The position numbers and the translations under genes were made by a program. From positions 82,088,001 to 82,152,000 of the forward strand of contig OX597824.1 in assembly GCA_951406725.2 (NCBI GenBank): a DNA stretch of 64,000 nucleotides, in the 5' to 3' direction. Under the pieces are notes generated by a model, which was not told the DNA's origin, did no database searches, and saw nothing but the letters and a program-made list of their open reading frames with translations. Positions 54,982 through 64,000 of the stretch are shown here, piece after piece. Position 1 is the stretch's first letter, and each line of letters begins with the position of its first letter. This DNA comes from Octopus vulgaris. Taxonomy: Eukaryota.

Positions 54982-56071
54982 ACTTCTTCCGATTGAGGCG
55001 AGCGTTCTAAACGACATTTGGTAATCGATAATCGAAATTTGTTATGGTTCATTTTGTGTATACTTATGTATATGTGTATGCGTTTACACATATAAACATA
55101 TGTATATATACATGTGTGTGTGTGTGATTTTGTATGTGTAAATGTATATTATATGTGTGTATATGTGTGCATGTAGTTACGTATGTACGTATATATATAT
55201 TTGATGCGACTCTACTCTATATTGTTTTCCCCCAGCCTTTTCTAATTCCCGTTTTCTCCCCTTCACTGTTTTTATCTGTCTCTCTCTATCTCTCTCTCCT
55301 CCTCTTTATCGTTTTCTCTTTCTCTCGTTGCTCACACGTGACCATCATCCATCTTTCTTTTCCTTACATAACCATCTTTCTTTTCCTCAACGACGACGCA
55401 AGGACTGGACGTCTTCTATCTCTCTGTTCTATTATCTTTTCAAGCAAAATATTTCTCCCAGCGTTCGCTATTTTACCCTCGTTCTGGTCTAACAACCTTC
55501 CATCTTGGGCAAGTATCTTCTAATATAGCTTCGGGTAGACCAAAGACTTGTATGTGGATTTGGTAGACGGAAACTGAAAGAAGCCCGTCATATATACATA
55601 TATGTATATGTGTATGTGTTTTTGTGTTTCTATTTGTTCCCCCACCGTTTAAAGACCGGTGTTTGTGTGTTTACGTCCCATAACTTAGATGTTCGGTGAA
55701 AGAGGCCGATCGAATAAATGCCAGGTTTAAAAAAAAAAAGTAATGCTGTCTAAAAATCCTTCAAGGCGGTACCCCCAATATGGCTGCAGCTTAGTGACTG
55801 AAACAAGTAAAAACGAAAAAAATTATTTTCTTGGCGTGCTAACAATTTTGCCAGCTCGACGCCTTCGGTGTAACATTGCAGAGATAAGCAAACTAAAGGA
55901 GGCATAAGACCCAGCACAGGAGAAACGGTTGAGCCAAAAATAATGTTATGTGAAGCACAAGATGATGACACCGAGGGCATAACATTCGCGAACGTTCCAA
56001 AGAGAAACCCTTACCTCGCAAACGACTTACTGCATTCAGGATTAAATTATAACGACGAGGGTTCCAGTAAA

Positions 56072-56492
56072 TACCTATTTCTTTACTACCCACAAGGGGC
56101 TAAACACAGAGATGACAAACAAGGACAGGCAAACGGATTAAGTTGATTATATTGACCCCAGTGCGTAACTGGTACTTAATTTATCGACCCCGAAAGGATG
56201 AAAAGCAAAGTCGACCTCGGTGGAACTTGAACTCAGAATGTAAGGGTAGACGAAATACCTATTTCTTTACTACCCACAAGGGGCTAAACACAGAGGGGAC
56301 AAACAAGGACAGGCAAACGGATTAAGTCGATTATACCGACCCCATTGCGTAACTGGTACTTCATTTATCGACCCCGAAAGGATGAAAGGCAAAGTTTACC
56401 TCGGCGGAATTTGAACTCAGAACGTAGCGGCAGACGAAATACCACGAAGCATTCCACCCGGCGTGCTAACGACTCTACCAGCTCGCCGCCTT
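56072..56492 (-). mobile_element. SINE B dimer (head plus two bodies)
   Basis: Junction AAATAGGTATTTCGTC on minus; flanks GTTCCAGT(A/T)AATACC form a TSD. Confidence 0.9.
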
Positions 56493-56507
56493 AGTTCCAG
56501 TTAATAC

Positions 56508-56797
56508 CATCAACGGGACAGCCTGCTCGTGAAATTAACGTGAATGTGGCTGAACCCTCCACAGACACGCGAATCCTTAAGTTGTCATCGGAGAGATTTA
56601 GCGTGACACAGAGTGTGACAAGGCGACGAGGCTAGCACTTTGAAACACGAGCTCGGCTCATTTTTGCCAGCTGGGTGGACTAGAGCAACGTGAAATAAAG
56701 TGTCTTGCTCGAGGACTCAACGCGTCGCCGGGAATTGAAATCACGAGTTTACGATCGTGCCCCGAATACTCTGATTACTAAGCAACGTGCCTTCGCG
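56508..56797 (-). mobile_element. Chimeric SINE: type D head and core with type C tail
   Basis: GAGCAAGACACTTTATTTCACGTTGCTCTAGTCCACCCAGC as in 41930; CTGTGTCACGCT...TTAATTTCACGAGCAGGCTGT as in 24408. Confidence 0.8.
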
Positions 56798-57117
56798 CAA
56801 ACAATTTATTGCTTACGTAATGCAAATGATATCGTCACAATGTACTAATTACCGCAAATCAAATAAGATCATAATACAGGACATATACTTAAAGAGACTT
56901 TTAACAAAAATATTAATCATGAACTAAAGTAGAACCCGAAAGACGTAGGATGTCTGCGTTTTATCAACTAATTTCTCTGTCTTGCGTCACACAAGAAGGG
57001 ATGTTATTCTGTACTTTTGGGTGCACCAAATTCAAACACAAACAGAGGCCTAACCCGACCTAAGCGATAAGGCCCCACCCGTATTTGACTAAGTGGGTGA
57101 CCTGAAATATTTCTGTA

Positions 57118-57538
57118 TACTCTTACTCTTTTACTTGTTTCTGACATTTGACTGTGGCCATGTTGGAGCACTGCCTTTAGTCGAGCAAATCGATCCCAGG
57201 ACTTATTCTTTGTAAGCCTAGTACTTATTCTATCGGTCTCCTTTGCCGAACTGCTAAGTTACGGGGGCGTAAACACACCAGCATCGGTTGCGAAGCGATG
57301 TTGGGGGGACAAACATAGACACACAAACATACATACACACACACAAACACACATTATATATATACATATAGGCGACGGGCTTCTTTCAGTTTCCGTCTAC
57401 CAAATCCACTCACAAGGCTTTGGTCGGCTCGAGGCTATAGTAGAAGTCATTTGCCCAAGATACCACGCTGTTGGGACTGAACCCGAAACAATGTGCTTCG
57501 TAAGCAAGTTACTTACCACACAGTCACTCCTACGCCTA
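57118..57538 (-). mobile_element. SINE A, full length
   Basis: Matches other copies. Confidence 0.92.
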
Positions 57539-57825
57539 TATATACATTATTTTATGTATTTCAGTTCTTTTTATAGCAAACTGAATGTCATATGTCCTTG
57601 CTTTTAGCCAAGTATTTAAAGCGTCTTCTGCGTCACAGCACTAACCCACGCACCTCGTTTTATATAGTTTTGGCGTGTTCGTCTCCAACCCATTTTGTAA
57701 TTTCATTGGATTTAACGTTTCATGTAATTGTATGTGTGTATAAAGGAAATTGAATATAATTGCTAATGCTGTAGAAAATTATTGAAATAACAATAATAAT
57801 AATAGTAATAATAATAATAATAATA

Positions 57826-58405
57826 TGGCTCTCACAGTACCAGGCAGTGGCTCTCACAGTACCAGGCAGTGGCTCTCATGGCTTCTGATCTTAACTGATT
57901 GGAAGTGTTATCATGTACATTGTTTTGTCTTGGTATAAAAGATGGGCTACAGCAAATATTCTGCTCAATACCACAGATTTGCTTGTCAGTTGTTTGACCT
58001 TAACCAGTTGAGCAAGTCCCTTAGTGGCTGACGATATGTGCATCTCTGATCACGAGCAGAAGTAGTGGGGGAGCATCATAGCCATGTGTTGAGAGGGATT
58101 CTTTGGGGTTTGAATAATTCACCTCTGGAAACATGGGTGGTTCTTTCAACATCCTTAAACAACCCTTATTCAGGGACCTTTTGAGCGGGATGGGTTACTC
58201 AACCTGAAGAAAATTCTAACTGGGCCCCACCTGCAAGGTCATGTGCTGTTTATCTTGATATGAAATCACCATGTCGCGCACATATGGTTGTGATGCATGT
58301 GCCTGGTGTACCCTTATCAGACGGGTAGTCATGATGGGTATATTGGGCTTCGTATATTTTTACCCCAGTGTCACTTTGATGGCATGAACTACTCTCTCAC
58401 TCAAT
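57826..58405 (+). mobile_element. Longer copy of the (AAT)n-embedded element with a 22-bp 5' tandem duplication
   Basis: Homologous to 2361-2827, with (AAT)n on both sides. Confidence 0.78.
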
Positions 58406-58550
58406 AATAATAATAATAGTAATAATGGTTTCAAATTTTGCCACGAGGGTAGAAATTTTGTGGGGAGGGGATTAGCCGATTAAATCGACCTCAGTATTTG
58501 TCTGGTACTTACTTTATCGATTCTGAAAGGATGAAAGGCAAAGTCGACCT

Positions 58551-58927
58551 CAGCGGCATTTGAACTCTCAGTTTCTGTCTACCAGCTCCATTCCCAAGGA
58601 TTTGGTGGGTCTCCGGCTAAAATCGAAGACACTCCCACGCAGTAGGACTGAATATGAGACCACTTGGCTGGAAAACAGCGGCATTTGAACTCTCAGTTTC
58701 TGTCTACCAGCTCCATTCCCAAGGATTTGGTGGGTCTCCGGCTAAAATCGAAGACACTCCCACGCAGTAGGACTGAATATGAGACCACTTGGCTGGAAAA
58801 CAGCGGCATTTGAACTCTCAGTTTCTGTCTACCAGCTCCATTCCCAAGGATTTGGTGGGTCTCCGGCTAAAATCGAAGACACTCCCACGCAGTGGGACTG
58901 AACACGAAACCACTTGGCTGGAAAACA
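58551..58927. repeat. 125-bp tandem triplication spanning a SINE B/SINE A junction
   Basis: CAGCGGCATTTGAACTCTCAG at 58551, 58676 and 58801. Confidence 0.93.
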
Positions 58928-59035
58928 AACTTCTTACCAACAAGCCACAGCCGCAAATGCATACATACATACATACATACATACATACATACATACATAC
59001 ATACATACATACATACATACGCACACATACATACA

Positions 59036-59067
<32 letters not shown>

Positions 59068-59484
59068 CATGTGTGTGTGTGCGTGTGTGTCTGTGTTTAT
59101 GTGTTTGTGTGTGTGTGTGTGTGTGTGATGATAGAATCATAGATTTTTTTTCTTTTTCCTCTTACACACACCTGAGAATTTTTGTTTATTAAACGCCTCT
59201 ATTGTCAGCCATTTAAATCTAGCCGTTGGTCTTTGCTCTTCAAGATATTTCAGTTATGTGGCATTTAACATCGGATATTTTCCTTAACGAATATTTTATC
59301 TGATGAAAAACTCTTTGAAGACGCCTTATAATCTTATTTTCTTATTTGTGAACATTTTGACTTATTTATTATTTATTTATTTTTAACTTATCTGTATTTT
59401 CTTACTTATTATCAACATCATCATCATCATCATCATCATCCTCATCATCATTATTATATTATTTACACTATTACTATTATTATA

Positions 59485-59703
59485 AGGCGGCGAGCTGGCA
59501 GAATCGTTAGCACACTGGACAAAATGCTTAGCGGTATTTCGCCCGACGCTACGTTCTGAGTTCAAATTCCACCGAGGTCGACTTTGCCTTTCATCCTTTG
59601 GGAGTCGAAAAAATAAGAACCAGATAAATATTGGGGTCGATGTAATCGACTACACCCCTCCCCCCAAATTTGAGGCCTTCTACATTCAGTAGAGAGGATT
59701 ATT
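59485..59703 (+). mobile_element. SINE B, older tail
   Basis: Head, core and GGCCTT...AGTAGAGAGGATT tail. Confidence 0.85.
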
Positions 59704-60180
59704 ATCATTATTTTCATTTTCCATTTTATCGATGTTGTTGTTATTATTATTCTGTTGTATATTAATGTTGTAATATACGTTTGGCAGAGGGTTGTATCTT
59801 TTAAAGAAATACAGGAACGAAGGAAGGAAGAAAGGATTATCCAATAAATTCCATTGAAATGTCTTAACACCAACCAGTTAGTAGTCACGTGATGGTTGGA
59901 TGTGTTGTGGCATTGTAAAGCGCACAGTAAAAGCCGATTCCTCTTTAACACCCACTCTCACCTATGTTAGTGTAGAATTTTGTACATGGTAGCTTTAGAA
60001 ACTACAAGTGAGAGCTATATTGTAATGAAACCGCACCCTACTAATTCTGCAGAAAGATACGTCTGGTACAATCCGAACAAAATTCAAACAGGATGGTCAT
60101 AACTGGAATGTATTTCATTATAGGTCTGCTGAGATGACATATATTTAAACATCATCATTAACTACAACAACAACAGCAGT

Positions 60181-60728
60181 GGAGGCGCAATGGCCCAGTG
60201 GTTAGGGCAGCGGACTCGCGGTCGTAAGAACTTGGTTTCGATTCCCAGACCGGACATTGTGAGTATTTATTGAGCAAAAACACCTAAGCTCCACTAGGCT
60301 CCGGCGGGGAGGGGTGGTGAACCCAGCTGTACTCTTTCACCACAACTTTCTCTCACTCTTTCTTCCTACTTCTGCCACAAAGCAGAGGAACCATGGTGTA
60401 ACCCACTATGGTGTGGTAAACTTTCAGACCCTAGTCTAGATTACGAATCCTCTGTACCCCAGGATGGTTCAGCTCTCCACCCGTTAAAAGCCACCGTTTA
60501 CGGAATGAGGATAACAACGTAGCTTTGGCGCCCGTGCAACCGCCAGTCTATCGCGTGTAGTGGGTGGATCTTCAAGTTGCCACACGCATTCTTAGTAGCT
60601 TTGAGTAGGCTCGAATTAGAGATTATACTGTGTGGCTAATGGCGTGAGTCCTGTGAGTCCTGATTGGAAGAAGAAGAAGAAGAAGAAGAAGAAGAAGAAG
60701 AAGAAGAAGAAGAAGAAGAAGAAGAAGA
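60181..60728 (+). mobile_element. SINE C head and body with a different 3' region and (GAA)n tail
   Basis: Follows SINE C to ~60373, then an unrelated ~290 bp ending GTGAGTCCTGATTG(GAA)n. Confidence 0.75.
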
Positions 60729-61549
60729 CACCAGCAATGCAGTCGTATGGGAGTAAGCGAATCTTGAGAATGGCTTTAACAAAATTTGAAACTACGCGAT
60801 TAGTCGTCTCCAGAACCCTGAGAGTCTATCCAGTAAAAAAATGTCACGAATGACCATGGGATTGCACCTAGAAAATGTAAATGTTTTACCATTAAAAAAT
60901 GTGCATGGTATTTGAAACTATAAGGTCATACACAATAGAATTCAACTGAGTGCATTACATCATATAGCACAAACAGGTATAAGCTAATGGAGAATCTCAT
61001 GGCATAATTTCTTATTCCTCTTCCATTATAATTTCTCATAAATTTATGCATGTGTGTGCGTGCATGTGTGTGTGTGTGTCTGTGTGTGTCTGTGTGTGTG
61101 TGTGTGTGTATTTCAAAAATTTGGCAAAAACACAACAAACGGAAAATTCTACAAAAAACCTAAGACGCATAAAAATCGTAGCTAATTCTTCATCAGCCAA
61201 CGTCCAAAAGGTCATTACAATTTCGTAACTTTAAAGTGGATATTGTTCCCTTTTGGTGGTGTTAGTAGGTAGCGAACATACTGGACACTGACGAAAACAA
61301 ACACGGCAGAACAAAATATACATATACAATTAAAAAAAAACGCCGTGCGGCCTCATGACGGTCAGGTATGTGGTAACGCAAATGAAAATGAAAATGTCCT
61401 GAAGGGCTGGAGATGAGATCAGGACGGATAGAAAGTCAGAAGGAAGGAAGAAATAAAGTGTTTGGGAGGGAAAGAGGGAGAAGGTGAGAGGGAGAAAGGA
61501 AGGCAAAAGGAAGGCAAAGATAGAGAAAGAGACAGAAATAGACGTCACA

Positions 61550-61785
61550 AAGGCGGCGAGCTAGCTGAAACGTTAGCGCGCCGGGCGAAATGCTTAGCAG
61601 TATTTCGTCTGCCGTCACGTTCTGAGTTCAAATTCCGCCGAGGTCGACTTTGCTTTTCATCCTTTCGGGGTCGATGAATTAAATAACAGTTACGCACTGG
61701 GGTCGATGTAATCGACTTAATCTCTTTTGTCTGTCCTTGTTTGTTCCCCTTATGTTTAGCCCCTTGTGGGAAATATGAACAAATA
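61550..61785 (+). mobile_element. SINE B with 16-bp TSD
   Basis: AGAAATAGACGTCACA at 61534-61549 and 61786-61801. Confidence 0.92.
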
Positions 61786-61889
61786 AGAAATAGACGTCAC
61801 ACAAAAATATTACAAGGATATTTTTCAAATGAGTAAAAAATTAGGAGTACGTAACATTAAAAAATTAAACAAAGACACAATCGGAAAAT

Positions 61890-62870
61890 TTTATAAAAAC
61901 ATAACAGAAAATTTGTTGTTAATTCCTCGTCAGTCAACTTCCAAAAGATCATTATGCATGTGTGTGTGTGTGAGCGTATTTGTATGCGCGTGTCTTTGTG
62001 CATGTATGTGCGTGTTTGCGTGTATGTATGTATGTATGTATGTATGTATGCATGTATGTATGTATGTATGTATGTATGTATGCGTGTGTGAGAGAAAGTA
62101 AATTCCTCTCAATTTGTAAAGGACCGTTAAAGGAGATATTTCCTGAACGGCATCAAATTGCACCAGATGGTCCAACAAAAACAACATGAAGATCATCCAC
62201 AGCTGTGTGAAAAATACATCTTGTAACATTTAGAATGACAAAGCAAATATATTGTAAACAACTGTAATACGAATGAGAGTAACACACAATTTAGACAATT
62301 GTGTAAACGGTTTGACCTACTAATGGCAATTAAACTAATGGCAATTAAACATGAAAAATATATTGTATATTGTACTAATGTTTCCTCCAGACCGAGACAA
62401 GCTATATTTGATTCACAGAACTATTCACAACTCATTGATACCCGCATAATAATTAGTTCAGGGTTATTGTGCAGGTATAAGGGAGTTGCGACGTTTCGTA
62501 AACGAAAACGTTTCTGTGTAGCCCATACGACCGAAGATAGAATAAAAAATGATAATCGGTGTATATGCACATTTCAGGCGTTCTTGCTCCTTCTTCAGTA
62601 TCGCATCCACAAATACCCACAAAGTTTAGCCGTGTAATATAATTGGGTAGACCAATTTACGTATCAAGCATATTACTGGCTGCTGGTACACAAATATTAA
62701 TTGCTAGCAAAGACATTATATTTCATAAATAGAAAACTATTAGTTCTAAATCTCTGAACGAGAAATGTGCAGCGACATTACTTTAGAGTAAAGTTTATTT
62801 GCCAACGTAAAGTGGAAGTCCTGGTTAAAACAATGTTGCTGCTATTTAGCCCCAGGAAAACATCTCCAGC
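61890..62870 (+). pseudogene. Heavily decayed Penelope-like element ORF C-terminus (RT-EN linker and GIY-YIG endonuclease)
   Basis: Frame-broken KFLSI...FPERHQ...NKNNMKIIHSCVKN (cf. PLE FLxLIDKHFP...FNRNTxKxSYSCxPN), NGN, IVYCTNV...SYI*FTE (GIY-YIG-like). Confidence 0.65.
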
Positions 62871-62945
62871 TGGGTATCGACGCGCTAATTGATCCTTATA
62901 TTTTCGAACAAGGGAGCTAGTGTCCCTACTCAGCTCAAAGCAATA

Positions 62946-62991
62946 TCTGTGTACCAATGGTTTCTGGGTTACTTCCTTTCATCAGCATAGA
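62946..62991 (-). ncRNA. Minimal type-I hammerhead ribozyme with intact catalytic core
   Basis: TCTATG CTGATGA AAGGAAGTAACCCA GAAA CCATTGG TA CACAGA. Confidence 0.72.
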
Positions 62992-63358
62992 ATAATCACT
63001 TCGTTAGAAATGGCAGCACTAGTTCTTGTTCGAAATGTATACTTTTCAAAGTGACACTAAGTCAATGTTCTCATAAATAGAAAAAAAACTATTTATTCTA
63101 AATTTCTGATCGAGATACATGAAGTAATAGTACGATGAAAGTTTATTTGACAACGTAAAGTGGCAGTCCTGGTTAGGACGAATGTTGCTGCTATTTAGCC
63201 CCAGGAAAACATCTGAATGTTGCTGCATGTTTCTCGTTCAAAGATTTAGAACTAATAGTTTTTCTCTTTATGACATCAGTAACTGTGTGTCGCTTTGAAA
63301 AGAATATATTTCGAACAAGAACTAGTGTCGTCATCGTCATCTCTAGCCTAGCGATTAT

Positions 63359-63404
63359 TCTGTGCTGATGTGGGGAAATAATCCAGAAGCCATACGTACA
63401 CAGA
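63359..63404 (+). ncRNA. Degenerate sister hammerhead motif
   Basis: TCTGTG CTGATGT GGGGAAATAATCCA GAAG CCATACG TA CACAGA; perfect stem I, two core mutations. Confidence 0.55.
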
Positions 63405-63587
63405 TTTTGCTTTGAGCTGAGTGGGACACTAGCGCCCAATATATATATAGTGGGGACACTAGTTCCATATATATATGTGTGTGTGTGTGTGTGTGTAGTA
63501 ACTAAAAAAAAATGAAGGACAAACACAAGAGAAAAATCAACACGAAGACGTGATACATGTAGACGCTCAGGGAAGGAAAGGGGAGTG

Positions 63588-63622
63588 GTTTTTCGTTTCG
63601 AGCAAAGTTCTTCTTCAGAAAC
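63588..63622 (-). ncRNA. Minimal hammerhead motif within a Penelope-like pLTR fragment (63500-63690)
   Basis: GTTT CTGAAGA AGAAC TTT GCTC GAAA CG AA AAAC; cleavage triplet mutated from GUA to GAA. Confidence 0.6.
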
Positions 63623-64000
63623 AGGAGACAGAGGAAAGTCAAAGAGAAAAGGAAGACGGGGGAAAAAAATCGCCTGCGATTCAAATGAATTAAATGGATT
63701 GCAGAAAAGTGTTACAAATCCAACAGCTGTGTCTGAGGCTCTGTGGCTCAAAATAACGTATGTAGATAGGTTCTATCGTCGGGAGAGATGAGCTTTCGTC
63801 TTCTGGGAAGAGATTTTACATTTGAGGTGTTGACAGAAAGAAGTTCAAAGACGGTATATCATTGATATCATTGATATCACTTCTATTCTGTGTAGGTCCG
63901 ACCTTTTTGCATGTAAACGTAATACATTTTTTGTATTTCATGTATTTAATATACTGTGTATATTGACCTGCCTAACTTGTTTATCCTTATATTTGCTTTT

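Noticed and set aside
59296-59331. TTAT CTGATGA AAA ACTC TTT GAAG... hammerhead-like motif
   Set aside because: All-AT weak stems, GAAG instead of GAAA and no stem III; likely chance.

Overview
Eukaryotic, repeat-saturated non-coding DNA, probably intronic or intergenic. The SINE repertoire and extreme microsatellite load suggest an Octopus/cephalopod genome (inference only). I see no intact host gene; nearly all ORFs in the track are microsatellite or SINE artefacts. The window holds four tRNA-head SINE types (working labels A-D), five mariner remnants, a pogo/Tigger fragment, RTE and Tx1/L1 LINE fragments, four non-autonomous Helitrons, a long-TIR MITE, an (AAT)n-associated element, two minisatellite arrays and several foldback palindromes. 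The most interesting signal is a set of minimal type-I hammerhead ribozyme motifs in Penelope-like repeats. One lies beside a decayed GIY-YIG ORF, one is split by a Helitron, and several share a non-canonical A·A at the base of stem II. Also notable are a SINE whose tail matches the 3' UTR of a Tx1-like LINE and which forms concatemers with identical junctions, and several local templated insertions. All motifs and alignments were read by eye.
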